Origin: a virus
Taxonomy: Duplodnaviria; Caudoviricetes
Reading direction: 5' to 3' (one strand)
Length of the DNA: 64,000 nt
IMG/VR virus record: IMGVR_UViG_3300010163_000010
Location: 41,183 to 105,182 of that record
Shown: positions 29,001 to 38,411 of the stretch, piece after piece
Position numbering within the stretch: the first letter of the stretch is position 1
Layout: each line of letters starts with the position of its first letter
Translations under genes and position numbers: made by a program
The notes under the pieces: model-generated
Seen by the model: the letters and a program-made list of their open reading frames with translations, nothing else
The model's database searches: none
Told to the model about the DNA's origin: nothing

Positions 29001-29599
29001 AAGCGATCGTCTGTACAAGTTGCAATTGGAAAATCGGAAATGCGGGGAAGCTGCTGTTTGACATTCCCGAGGATCGCCGTATGTTCCGGTATCACACAAC
29101 CAGCATCGACTGGACGTATACGCCTTGCTGGCATCCCCAGATGCCCATTGTCATCATGGGCCGCAAGACGTACGAGAGCCTTCCCGGCAAAAGGCCGTTG
29201 CCCAATCGGATTAATTGGATTCTCTCCGATTCCCTCAAAGGTTCTGACCCAGAGGGGTTCAAGGTGGTCAGTTTGTCGGATATCCTGCGGCCGTGTTATG
29301 TGGAGAATCCGAACGTTTGGGTCATAGGCGGAGCGGAGGTATATCGGACATTAGCACCGTACTGCAGTCATTTCTATATCACATGCGTGAATCAGCACAT
29401 TGAAGATTCTAATGCTGATACCGCTATGTTTGATATTCATCGGAGCATTGATCCGAATGTGTCCTGCGAGATCGCCAGCAGTTCTGCCTGGTACGAATTT
29501 AAGCATAACGGTGAAAATGTGCAATATCGGTTCGCCGTTTACCGCAACTATAAACGGATAAGGATGTATACAAGCGATGAACAAACAGTATCCCGATGA
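28997..29599 (+). CDS. folA: Dihydrofolate reductase
   Basis: IG..GKL, PEDRRMF, VIMGRKTYESLP..RPLPNR.N, WVIGGAEVY. Confidence 0.93.
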   Translation: MKAIVCTSCNWKIGNAGKLLFDIPEDRRMFRYHTTSIDWTYTPCWHPQMPIVIMGRKTYESLPGKRPLPNRINWILSDSLKGSDPEGFKVVSLSDILRPCYVENPNVWVIGGAEVYRTLAPYCSHFYITCVNQHIEDSNADTAMFDIHRSIDPNVSCEIASSSAWYEFKHNGENVQYRFAVYRNYKRIRMYTSDEQTVSR

Positions 29600-30248
29600 A
29601 GTGGTAAAGGAGACCCTTTCTCCGCAGGTTTTCCTTCTGGCTGTGGAGAATACCCTTAACCTCTCTAAGTCCGAGGGTGGTCCTAAGGATATGGTAGTTA
29701 GCAGATTCCTGTGCCACTTACTGCCGCTCTGCTATTTCCAGGGTATGTTCTCCGCTGTTGATGCGGTGGCTGCTGCGAAGAAGGAGAATGCTCGTATCGA
29801 CGATCCTGAGGCTATGGCTGATAAGATTCTCGATGTGGGATACTCCAGGTATCTTTATGCGGTGAATTACTGTAAGGATGTCGAGGATGTCGATCTTGCT
29901 CCGATGGGATTTATCGAATTCGTACATAAACTAGTCGAGTCGTTCGATAACCCATCAGTTCTTGAGGTAGCTATTGGTCATGCTATTGACCGGTTGGACA
30001 AGCATGTGCGAGAGTCGGCAAAGAAGGACATTGAGTCGGCAATGGGCAACACCTCTGATGACGTCGAACCCATAGAAATGCCTGATTTCGATACCTCTGA
30101 TCCTGAGGTTCTGAAGGAGTTCTTCACGCTGTTCCAGGAGCTGGGAACGATCTACAACAGCCGAGACAAATATGAGACTGAAGAAGAGAAAAAGAAATAC
30201 GACAGGTTTGTCGTCCTCTATAATACCATTTTGGGCGAGCAGCAGTAA
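29577..30248 (+). CDS. Hypothetical protein
   Basis: 223 aa helical ORF continuing the operon. Confidence 0.7.
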   Translation: MNKQYPDEVVKETLSPQVFLLAVENTLNLSKSEGGPKDMVVSRFLCHLLPLCYFQGMFSAVDAVAAAKKENARIDDPEAMADKILDVGYSRYLYAVNYCKDVEDVDLAPMGFIEFVHKLVESFDNPSVLEVAIGHAIDRLDKHVRESAKKDIESAMGNTSDDVEPIEMPDFDTSDPEVLKEFFTLFQELGTIYNSRDKYETEEEKKKYDRFVVLYNTILGEQQ

Positions 30249-30250
30249 CG

Positions 30251-30294
30251 TATATACTATAAGTACGAGCGGGAATAAAATCTCGCTCGTACTT
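30251..30294 (+). promoter_or_regulatory. Early-type promoter with a 5' leader hairpin
   Basis: TATATACTATA at 30251-30261, then AAGTACGAGCGGGA/TCTCGCTCGTACTT. Confidence 0.7.
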
Positions 30295-30322
30295 TATATA
30301 TTACTAAAGGAGTGTGCGATTT

Positions 30323-31603
30323 ATGAATTCCATTACGGTAGGGGACCTGTACTTCTTGAAGAGCCCTATTATCAGCACTAGTCACAGTATCGAGCAGGAG
30401 AAGAAATTGAGCTACCTCCTGGGAACAGTGTCCACGAGGCCGGCTGTTGTTATCCGTGCTCCCGCGTGGTGGGATGAGTTCGAGACCGTTACGGTTATCC
30501 CCGCTATGAGCAAGGGCAACCCCGCCTTGAAGATGCATCTGACTGATCGGTATGGGCGGATGTCCAAAGCCGAGTACCCGTTTATCCCGCACAACCCGTA
30601 TACGGTTCCGGTGTCCAGGTTGGGTAAGTATATCGGCTCTTTGGACAGAGAGGAGCTTAAGGAGCTCTTATATGCTTTTACGTGGATCCATGATGCCACC
30701 ATGCAGGAAAACCCGACCTGTAGAGTCCCGTCTATCTACCAGCACGTAAGAGCTAAAAAGATACCGCCGGTCAATAACTGGTTAGATCATCACGACATAA
30801 GAGCAGAAACGGAGCTCGTCGTCGATGAAAATAATATCTTGACTTGTAAGGAGGATCTGACGATGAATGGATTCAAGATCATTCCTGCCGACACCCCTGT
30901 CGAGAAGCAGGAACGCCCGAAAACCGTCGTAACCAAAGCTACCGCGTTCAAACCGAGAGCGCGTGATGAGTCCAAGGAGTTCCCGCCGTCGACGTTCAGC
31001 GATGAGACCCTGCACCAGGTCGCTTCCCGGTTTAATATTAGCGCTGGCTACTATAACAACACGATCACCAAGCGGGATCCGAGCGTTCTGCGGCCTGACG
31101 AGATTGATACCATCCGTAAGAATCTCACCGCAAGAGAGTTTGATGAGATGGCCCAGTACTATAAGACCTTGACGCCCTTCGATGCGTTTGTCCTCGGGCC
31201 TCGTCTGCCCACCAGGGTCCTCATCAACATCACCGGGTTCAGCTACGATAACACTCTGGTGCTGAAGTCTCTGTGCAACTATATGCGCGATATGGATACC
31301 GAGGAATACAAAACCAGAATCGTCAACCGCGCAGTGAGCAAACTGACAAAGACTCAGGCACCTAAGCCTGCTGATCAATCGGCAGTCACGGAATCCACAT
31401 CTCCGGATTACAAGCAATACCTGGCTCGGGTGAAGCCGTGGCTCAATCCGAAGAAGATCACTAAGATGCCGCCCAGTATGGCTGAGCTGTTCGTGCAGAT
31501 TCCGATGGGCATGGTTAAGCGTGCGTACCATGGCACGCAGTTCGATCAGAAGTACGCTGCAGCTATGGAACTCTACAGCAAGACTACTTCCGGGAATAAG
31601 TAA
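30323..31603 (+). CDS. MazF/PemK-like endoribonuclease domain fused to a long C-terminal region
   Basis: VGDLYF, TRPAVVI, TVTVIPAMSK and RLGKYIGSL..EEL follow the PemK/MazF pattern. Confidence 0.65.
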   Translation: MNSITVGDLYFLKSPIISTSHSIEQEKKLSYLLGTVSTRPAVVIRAPAWWDEFETVTVIPAMSKGNPALKMHLTDRYGRMSKAEYPFIPHNPYTVPVSRLGKYIGSLDREELKELLYAFTWIHDATMQENPTCRVPSIYQHVRAKKIPPVNNWLDHHDIRAETELVVDENNILTCKEDLTMNGFKIIPADTPVEKQERPKTVVTKATAFKPRARDESKEFPPSTFSDETLHQVASRFNISAGYYNNTITKRDPSVLRPDEIDTIRKNLTAREFDEMAQYYKTLTPFDAFVLGPRLPTRVLINITGFSYDNTLVLKSLCNYMRDMDTEEYKTRIVNRAVSKLTKTQAPKPADQSAVTESTSPDYKQYLARVKPWLNPKKITKMPPSMAELFVQIPMGMVKRAYHGTQFDQKYAAAMELYSKTTSGNK

Positions 31604-31648
31604 AGTAAATCCACCTCCTTTAATATCTGATTTGAATTCCAACCCACA

Positions 31649-31659
31649 TATATACTATA
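31649..31659 (+). promoter_or_regulatory. Early-type promoter TATATACTATA
   Basis: Matches the recurring motif. Confidence 0.75.
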
Positions 31660-31701
31660 ATCATGAAGGTCAGAAGATCAAGATATAGGAGGTAGACAAT
31701 T

Positions 31702-31947
31702 ATGACCATCGTCAACAAGATCGACAGCTCCGTGCTGGAGCGGTTGATAATCAACTCTCTCCGCAAGGCAAATGCGGGGAAGAGCAGCAGCGACATCGAC
31801 TGGCAGGTTCAGTCGGTAAAAAAATTCATGAATAGTTTCGGCATCAAGTTCATCGATGCCATCGAATGCGAGGACGGCTGCGTGTACCAGTACAGCCGTT
31901 TTGGCAATATCACCAAGCAGGCGATCCGCACCTGCGAGATTGTGTAG
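31702..31947 (+). CDS. Small early hypothetical protein
   Basis: 81 aa; AGGAGGT RBS; own promoter and terminator. Confidence 0.8.
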   Translation: MTIVNKIDSSVLERLIINSLRKANAGKSSSDIDWQVQSVKKFMNSFGIKFIDAIECEDGCVYQYSRFGNITKQAIRTCEIV

Positions 31948-31965
31948 TAGCAGCAGGAACGAGAT

Positions 31966-31997
31966 GGCCCGGGGAAATCCCCGGGCCGTTTCTTTTT
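31966..31997 (+). terminator. Rho-independent terminator
   Basis: GGCCCGGGG-AAAT-CCCCGGGCC plus T run. Confidence 0.85.
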
Positions 31998-32010
31998 CCT
32001 GTGATGGGCA

Positions 32011-32126
32011 CGGAACCCACTAGAACTTCGATAATCGACACTGCTTATCATACCATCAACGTAGTGATTAGGACCTTCATGTATTACAATGTTGTATACC
32101 CCACAGATAGCATCTGCCGCCGGCGA
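32011..32126 (+). repeat. Half-copy of the dispersed CGGAACCCAC...CCGCCGGCGA element
   Basis: CGGAACCCAC at 32011-32020; CCGCCGGCGA at 32117-32126. Confidence 0.7.
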
Positions 32127-32189
32127 GTGAAAATTTTATTTTTATTTTTGATTGTATACGGATCATCTTTATAAAGGATGTGATGCGTT

Positions 32190-32357
32190 ATGTTAGAGCC
32201 CGTTGATGTTCCCGATGATAAGAATAATCATAAAATGCTCTATCCGAGTAATGATCACCCCATTTCTACTTGGTATGGGGTGATTCTTGAGGAAGGCCTT
32301 AGGAATGCAAGTAACTATGTCACAACAACTCTGAAGCGTATGAGGGATACCGAATGA
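32190..32357 (+). CDS. Small hypothetical protein (55 aa, not in the ORF track)
   Basis: MLEPVDVPDD...RMRDTE*; AAAGGATGTG RBS; stop overlaps the sbcD start (ATGA). Confidence 0.6.
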   Translation: MLEPVDVPDDKNNHKMLYPSNDHPISTWYGVILEEGLRNASNYVTTTLKRMRDTE

Positions 32358-33538
32358 GGGATTTCAAAGTATTTGTGTCTTTGGCTGATCTTCACTTTGG
32401 CGTAAAGCATGTCTCAGCCGCTAGTATGCGGGATCAGCTGAAGGAACACTTTTTCAAGACCGTTGACCGGATGCCGTATCTTGATGGCATCTTTATTCTC
32501 GGCGATACTTTGCACACCACAACGACGTCGTTGAACAGCGACTATTCTGAACTGTTCATGTGGTTTGCGAGTAAGATCTATAAGTTGGCCCGGAAGAGAA
32601 ACGCCACGGTTATCTGGATCGCTGGGACGTTGTCTCACGATGGCCAACAGTTGTCTACTATTAAGCACTATGTCAACAATGACGATGGAATAGACTTCAG
32701 GGTATACGATACGGTTGAAGAGACCGAGATTTGGGATACCTATAAGCTGCTCATTCTCCCTGACGTGAAGGTTAAGAAGCTTAGTGACATTGGAGATAAG
32801 CTGGTGCCTGGTCGGTACGATATGATCCTTGGACATGGTACTATCGATACTATGCAGTACTTTGTTCAGGAATCAGAAAACATGCCCACTAAGACCTATG
32901 TCTATGATGTCGAAAAATTGATGGCCGCATCGAAAGGCCCTGTGATGTTTGGCCATATTCATCAGTACCAGACTATCGCCAATAAGTTCTGCTATGTGGG
33001 ACCGTTCACGATGCTTGAGCGTGGCTGGCAGGACGCTGGTTTCGTTATCGGCGCTATCTACAATAAGGACACAACGAAATTCAAGTTTGAGCACTACTTA
33101 AATCCGGATTCCGCATCGTATACTGAAATTAATGTCACTCGGCATATTCTTAATACCATACCTATCGATGAGATCATTGAGTCTATCGATGAGATCATCA
33201 GCGAGACAAAAGAAAATGATCTGATTACACTTCGTATTACTCGTGGGGATGAGATCAGTTCTGCTGAAAAAGTTATGATGTTAGAGAATCGGTATCGTTC
33301 TGACCGACGGATCTCTATTGTGAAGAAGATCAAGAACAAGCAGGATCGGGATCGCGAGCAAGTTCAGAAGGATCGTAAGGATCATTTTGCTTATCTCATG
33401 GATGAAACTGAAGATCTCCCGGTAATTCTGTATCGGTACTATGAAGAGGAGATCAAACCTACAATTCCGGCTAACAGCGGGGCTGATAATCTGGTTCTTG
33501 AAGATTTCATCCGCGCTTTAAGCACCCCTACAAACTAG
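32354..33538 (+). CDS. sbcD: SbcD/Mre11-like metallophosphoesterase nuclease
   Basis: ADLHFG, GDTLH, GTLSHD, GHG and FGHIH calcineurin-like motifs. Confidence 0.85.
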   Translation: MRDFKVFVSLADLHFGVKHVSAASMRDQLKEHFFKTVDRMPYLDGIFILGDTLHTTTTSLNSDYSELFMWFASKIYKLARKRNATVIWIAGTLSHDGQQLSTIKHYVNNDDGIDFRVYDTVEETEIWDTYKLLILPDVKVKKLSDIGDKLVPGRYDMILGHGTIDTMQYFVQESENMPTKTYVYDVEKLMAASKGPVMFGHIHQYQTIANKFCYVGPFTMLERGWQDAGFVIGAIYNKDTTKFKFEHYLNPDSASYTEINVTRHILNTIPIDEIIESIDEIISETKENDLITLRITRGDEISSAEKVMMLENRYRSDRRISIVKKIKNKQDRDREQVQKDRKDHFAYLMDETEDLPVILYRYYEEEIKPTIPANSGADNLVLEDFIRALSTPTN

Positions 33539-33558
33539 GTAAAGGATCAATTAGTACA

Positions 33559-33586
33559 AAGCCGGGCCTTCGGGGGTCCGGCTTTT
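33559..33586 (+). terminator. Rho-independent terminator
   Basis: AAGCCGGGCC/GGTCCGGCTT plus T run. Confidence 0.7.
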
Positions 33587-33613
33587 CTGTTCTTACATCC
33601 GTTTGAACTATTC

Positions 33614-33624
33614 TATATACTATT
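33614..33624 (+). promoter_or_regulatory. Early-type promoter TATATACTATT
   Basis: Variant of the recurring motif. Confidence 0.65.
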
Positions 33625-33649
33625 ACCTTGAGCATGGTGGGGTTTCCAT

Positions 33650-35437
33650 ATGAGCATGAATTATTTGAAAATGCTTACGGCTGTCGATAAGCTTCCGGTT
33701 CATACCGACATTGAGACTCTTGACATATATTGCGAGTATCTTTTGAATGATACCAGCAAATACATTAACTACGCGAATTTGACTAATCTTCAGGATTACA
33801 TTGAGAGAATGGATCCGAAGGTTTTTATCACCAATGATGCCAAGATGGCTCGGTATGAATTTGTTCGATGCTATCTGGAGGCCCGTATAACTCGTGGTAT
33901 CGTTTCGCGCAAGATGTGTTTGCGTTATATTGCTGAAAACGTTGAGCACCGGTACTGGAAAATTATTCAGCGGGACATCCTGAACTCGATCGAAGAGGAT
34001 TCGCTGAAGAAGAAAGATATCGAGTTCATCAATGACATGGTGTTCGCTCAGTTGAACGTCATGTTCCTGCATAAGTATCGTGCTCCTCTTGTGCGTCTTC
34101 TGGAAGACCTTGAGAACAATGAGTTTGGTAAGACTCCTGAAGACTGCTCGAATGCTATTCAGCTATTCCAATCTGCGCTGAATGAACTCACAACAGCTCA
34201 GCGTAGGTCCAAGCAGGATAACCGGTTTAATCTCACTGACGCGAATCATTTCTATGCCGTTATGTCCGAGGCGTGTGCTCGGTTTTTGTCCGATAGCCAG
34301 TATTGGCAAACTGGCATGCAAGGACTGAACGATATGCTCGGTGGTGGTCTTGAGAATTCCCGTACGTACAATATCATTGGTGCAACGGGTGGTTTTAAGT
34401 CCGGTCTTCTGTTGAACTTGATGAAGATGGTGAAGCTTCGTAATAAGGGTCATGAGCACAAAGATCCCAAGAAGCGTCCGACCATTCTGTTTTTGTCCCA
34501 AGAGAATAATATTTGGGAGACCATTCTCCGTATCTTTAATATTTTTGGTACTACAAAGAACGTGCGTAACTTTACCGCAGCTGAGATTATGGAGATCTTG
34601 GCCAAGGGTGGTTTCTGCCTGGTTAATGATGATCTGGATATCGATATCGAATTCCGGTACTATGGGAACATGGACATTGGTGTCAATGATATCCGCGGTA
34701 TTGTTGAAGAGATCGAGAATGGCAACCGCGAGGTCATCGGTATCTTCCAGGACTATATTGAGAGGCTTCGTCCGCCGGTTATGAGCGTAGATCGCCGCAC
34801 ACAACTCAGCGATTGTTCTAACCAGCTTCATGACCTGGCGATTGACCTGGACATCTGGATTGTCACCGGTTCTCAGTTTAACCGTAATGGTGTTGCGGTT
34901 ATTGAGGATATGCGTGCTTCGAATAAGCATGACATCGGCATGAAGGTTGGCAGCAAGGACATTTCTGAGTCCTTTGGTATGCTCAAGAACTTCGATGTGA
35001 ATATCTGTATTATCATCGAGTATGACGCTAACGAGGAGCGGTTCTGGTTATCGTTCCGACGATTAAAATTCCGCGGTGACGACACCGATAGGTTGAGCTA
35101 CTTTGTTCAACCGTTTGTTGGCAAGAACAGTAAGATTCAGCTCATGGAGGATATTAATCTGGAGCAGCCGTTGTATCGAACCTCTATGATCGATGAGGTC
35201 AACGCCGGAATCATCGATGATGCTGTAGCCATGAAGGATATCACCAGAAGGACCAGAACTATTCTGGAGCCGCTGACCGATGATCCTGAGGATATCGATA
35301 TCGCAAACTTCGTTGGCGAGTATATGAGCGATCTGGCCAAGTCTACCGGTGAACGGTCTGATGGCCGTATCGACGATGTTGATGGGTTCTACGTCTTGAT
35401 TCCTGCACTTCCGGGGATGATGACGATTACCAAATAG
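33650..35437 (+). CDS. dnaB: DnaB-like replicative helicase (jumbo-phage type)
   Basis: TG..GLN.MLGGG, Walker A GATGGFKS, FLSQEN, Walker B QDYI, SQFNR, I.ESF, KFR. Confidence 0.9.
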   Translation: MSMNYLKMLTAVDKLPVHTDIETLDIYCEYLLNDTSKYINYANLTNLQDYIERMDPKVFITNDAKMARYEFVRCYLEARITRGIVSRKMCLRYIAENVEHRYWKIIQRDILNSIEEDSLKKKDIEFINDMVFAQLNVMFLHKYRAPLVRLLEDLENNEFGKTPEDCSNAIQLFQSALNELTTAQRRSKQDNRFNLTDANHFYAVMSEACARFLSDSQYWQTGMQGLNDMLGGGLENSRTYNIIGATGGFKSGLLLNLMKMVKLRNKGHEHKDPKKRPTILFLSQENNIWETILRIFNIFGTTKNVRNFTAAEIMEILAKGGFCLVNDDLDIDIEFRYYGNMDIGVNDIRGIVEEIENGNREVIGIFQDYIERLRPPVMSVDRRTQLSDCSNQLHDLAIDLDIWIVTGSQFNRNGVAVIEDMRASNKHDIGMKVGSKDISESFGMLKNFDVNICIIIEYDANEERFWLSFRRLKFRGDDTDRLSYFVQPFVGKNSKIQLMEDINLEQPLYRTSMIDEVNAGIIDDAVAMKDITRRTRTILEPLTDDPEDIDIANFVGEYMSDLAKSTGERSDGRIDDVDGFYVLIPALPGMMTITK

Positions 35438-35462
35438 ATTTTACAAATAGGAGGAACTACAT

Positions 35463-36113
35463 ATGGCTAATGACAAACCCCTTGTTAAGGCCGAGAACGT
35501 AGAGATCTTTTGGATCGAGTGCAATGAGGAGGCCGCGATCGATGCCAAGAAGTCCGAGGAGGTCACCACGGCATTTCTCAACGAGACACTCCTACCGAAG
35601 CTGACTGCCATGGCTACCCAGCCGTGCATGTGTCAGCAGAAGGAGCTGCAGGAGCGCGCTATCGCTAAGGCCAGGCTGATGCCCAATCTGTCTACAGCTA
35701 GGGCTGTTGCCGTGGAGATCACTCAGGCCGACGTTGATCGATTTGAGTACGGCGTGGTGGTCACGCTTAATGCCGGCATTGATCCTATCATCGTCTGCAT
35801 TATCGAGAGCTGCAAGTGCTGTGGCCGGGTCAGAACCATCCAGGGTTCGGCGAAGGATGTTACACTGCTTGTGGCTCGTGCCGTTACCAGTGCTCTCAAC
35901 GACGGAACTATTCCTATTCCGTATGACATTCAGCCTGCGACTGACGGTACCCCTAAGGTGGATGTGCCCCTTAGCGAGTATGCCATGGAGGACTTGGATA
36001 CCGGCGAGGTTACCGCCTGTGACAGCCTCGGCAAAGCTCTCTTTGGGAATAACAGCACGGAAGACGTTATGATCTCGGATATCGACGAAAAGCCTCCTGC
36101 AGCCGAGAAGTAA
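35463..36113 (+). CDS. Hypothetical protein with Cys pairs
   Basis: 216 aa; PCMC and CKCC; GGAGG RBS. Confidence 0.75.
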   Translation: MANDKPLVKAENVEIFWIECNEEAAIDAKKSEEVTTAFLNETLLPKLTAMATQPCMCQQKELQERAIAKARLMPNLSTARAVAVEITQADVDRFEYGVVVTLNAGIDPIIVCIIESCKCCGRVRTIQGSAKDVTLLVARAVTSALNDGTIPIPYDIQPATDGTPKVDVPLSEYAMEDLDTGEVTACDSLGKALFGNNSTEDVMISDIDEKPPAAEK

Positions 36114-36117
36114 ATAA

Positions 36118-36147
36118 AGTCGGGTGGGCATAATAACCCACCCGACT
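36118..36147. terminator. Terminator between convergent genes
   Basis: AGTCGGGTGGG/CCCACCCGACT. Confidence 0.8.
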
Positions 36148-36148
36148 G

Positions 36149-36604
36149 CTACACGATGTCTTCCCCGACGTGTTTGAGATGCTCATTCCAGTTCTTTTTG
36201 ATGCTTATTGCTGACCGGGTTGCGATCGTATCAAATACAGTACCGATCAACTTCGGCGGAATGTACCGCATAGTTTGCTTCAGGTAGAACTGGGATGGGC
36301 ACTCTCGATCGTTTAGATACATAAGCATCCACCACAAACTCGGGGTATCGTAAATATCAAGACTGAGCAGGTACGGCTTGAACTTATAGTACCTTCGTTC
36401 AGCTAGAGTCACCTTTAACTCCTCGACGTATGGGGCGACAAACTTGTAGTATATCTCGAACAGGTTCTTATCGGGCACTACAAGCGTTCCATCGTCGGTC
36501 GTGCTGTAGAAGGTGATTTTGTTGACGTCATACCGATCCTTGCGGTTAATGATATCGTCAAGAGTCCGGATTACCTTGGTTTGTGTCTCTGTTGGGATGG
36601 CCAT
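36149..36604 (-). CDS. Baseplate wedge protein (T4 gp53/LysM-like)
   Basis: YKFKPYLLSLDIYDTPSLWWMLMYLN resembles the gp53 RPD.IA..YG...YWW.I...N motif. Confidence 0.7.
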   Translation of the reverse strand: MAIPTETQTKVIRTLDDIINRKDRYDVNKITFYSTTDDGTLVVPDKNLFEIYYKFVAPYVEELKVTLAERRYYKFKPYLLSLDIYDTPSLWWMLMYLNDRECPSQFYLKQTMRYIPPKLIGTVFDTIATRSAISIKKNWNEHLKHVGEDIV

Positions 36605-36607
36605 GAA

Positions 36608-37009
36608 TTATCCCTCCTTCTTTTCCTTCTCTTTATCTCGAATAAACATTAGAAATCCCTCATCGACTTTACCGGTAGGGAAAATGAGAAGGAACTCCGC
36701 ACCCTTATTGAATCTGACCGGGCATCGGGTTCCAGCAAGGATTGGAAGTTCCAGCGCGTGGTCTGCTTCAATAAGTCCGGCGGTTACCGGATAGTTTTCG
36801 TTGACAAAATATCCGCTGTTCAGTGTGATTTTGTCCACAGTGTCATCCTGCGGAACAGTTGGCATATATTCAGGAACATTAACCTGCACTTTGAAATTGA
36901 TGCGGTGTGTGATATCTTTATAGTCACGAGCCGCATATGCCTTCATGATAAGGCGGTCTTTCTTGATTACGTGACTCTGTTTACGTCCAAGAGTGGAGTT
37001 CTTTTCCAT
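36608..37009 (-). CDS. Hypothetical late protein (possible baseplate OB-fold)
   Basis: GAAGGTG RBS before ATG 37009; late promoter at 37044-37055. Confidence 0.6.
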   Translation of the reverse strand: MEKNSTLGRKQSHVIKKDRLIMKAYAARDYKDITHRINFKVQVNVPEYMPTVPQDDTVDKITLNSGYFVNENYPVTAGLIEADHALELPILAGTRCPVRFNKGAEFLLIFPTGKVDEGFLMFIRDKEKEKKEG

Positions 37010-37043
37010 ACATGACACCTTCAATCACGATGGTAATTTGATT

Positions 37044-37055
37044 TATAACTTTGTC
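37044..37055 (-). promoter_or_regulatory. Late-type promoter GACA-AAGT-TATA
   Basis: Matches RACA-N4-TATA. Confidence 0.65.
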
Positions 37056-37079
37056 CAAGAGAGGGGTGATACATCACAA

Positions 37080-38411
37080 ATGAGTAAAAAGGGTAAACTC
37101 GGAAGAAAGGTGCAGCCTCCTAAAGATGGTCCTATTCATATAGGTAATAAGATAGAATACAACACGCTTACCCGCAGTCAGAAGAAGGCCGATAAGATCT
37201 TCAGTGACTGGTTTTTTGGAGAAAAGAACTCTGATACTCAGATACTTCGGATAGGTGCAACCGGAGGAAGCGGAAAGTCGTATCTGATCAGTTACTTGCT
37301 GGATGCATACAATTTCGATCAGTCGAATTGTTATGTCATGGCATACACGGGACAGGCCGTGAATGTTCTGCGTAAGAATCAGATTTTGGCCAACACGATT
37401 CACTCCACGGTTATGTATCCCAAAGAGGAACCCGTGTATGATAAAGAGACCGGGAAACCGCTGCTGAAACGTGGTGTACCTGTAACCAAGCAGGTATTTG
37501 TTCCTCTGAGAAGAATCCCTTCGGAGATACAACTTATCATCATTGATGAGGCATCATTCCTCCCTGAGGAACTTGAGAATATCCTGAAGAGATACAATGT
37601 TCCTATTTTGGAGGTAGGCGATCCCATACAGCTTCCTCCTGTTGGGGATAGGCAGGTATTCACCATGGATACTCTTAATTATTTCTTCGATGAAGTAATG
37701 CGTCAAGACCGAGACAGCGGGATCTATGATCTGGCCAATAAACTTCGTCGTGGAGATAATATCTATTTGTCTGATTACCATGATGATATGCTGTTTCTTC
37801 ATGCACAGCAAACGGTGGAAGAGACGTTCTATCGGTTCCTGCCGTTCTTTCGATCTGCGGATATCATCATTACTAATACCAACAAGCAGCGGCAGATTGT
37901 GACTGATTTGTATCGCAAGGTCATCCTGAAGGCTAAGACCCCATATCCGATGAAAGGTGAGAAGGTTATTTGTCGTCGTAATAACCGGCAATTGTTCTTG
38001 GATCAGTATATTCTCACCAATGGTACTATCGGTACCGCGTTGGATACAGTTGGCAGGAGTCAGATAGATAAGCAAGCTGGAACGTTCTTTATGGATTTCC
38101 AGCCGGATGTCACGAAGCATCTTGGGATGTATTATACCAATCTTGTGTGTGACAGCGAATTCTTTCGCAAGAATTATGGTGTGACTGATGATTTGGCATA
38201 TAAGCGGCCTGGAGAGAAGTTTGAGTTCGCACATGCCATCACCACACATCTATCTCAGGGGGCCAGTTTTCCTACGGTGTTGTACATGGATTCATACAAC
38301 CGTGATCCTGAGTATCAGATGCGCATACGTTACACCGCAATAACACGGGCGGAACAGCGAGTGATATATATTCTGCCCTATACACCATATCCAGACTGGG
38401 AGGTATTTTAA
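37080..38411 (+). CDS. dda: Dda/RecD-like SF1B helicase
   Basis: GGSGKS, AYTGQA, TIHS, IIDEAS, GDPIQLPPV, VMRQ, AITTHLSQG, YTAITRA. Confidence 0.9.
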   Translation: MSKKGKLGRKVQPPKDGPIHIGNKIEYNTLTRSQKKADKIFSDWFFGEKNSDTQILRIGATGGSGKSYLISYLLDAYNFDQSNCYVMAYTGQAVNVLRKNQILANTIHSTVMYPKEEPVYDKETGKPLLKRGVPVTKQVFVPLRRIPSEIQLIIIDEASFLPEELENILKRYNVPILEVGDPIQLPPVGDRQVFTMDTLNYFFDEVMRQDRDSGIYDLANKLRRGDNIYLSDYHDDMLFLHAQQTVEETFYRFLPFFRSADIIITNTNKQRQIVTDLYRKVILKAKTPYPMKGEKVICRRNNRQLFLDQYILTNGTIGTALDTVGRSQIDKQAGTFFMDFQPDVTKHLGMYYTNLVCDSEFFRKNYGVTDDLAYKRPGEKFEFAHAITTHLSQGASFPTVLYMDSYNRDPEYQMRIRYTAITRAEQRVIYILPYTPYPDWEVF

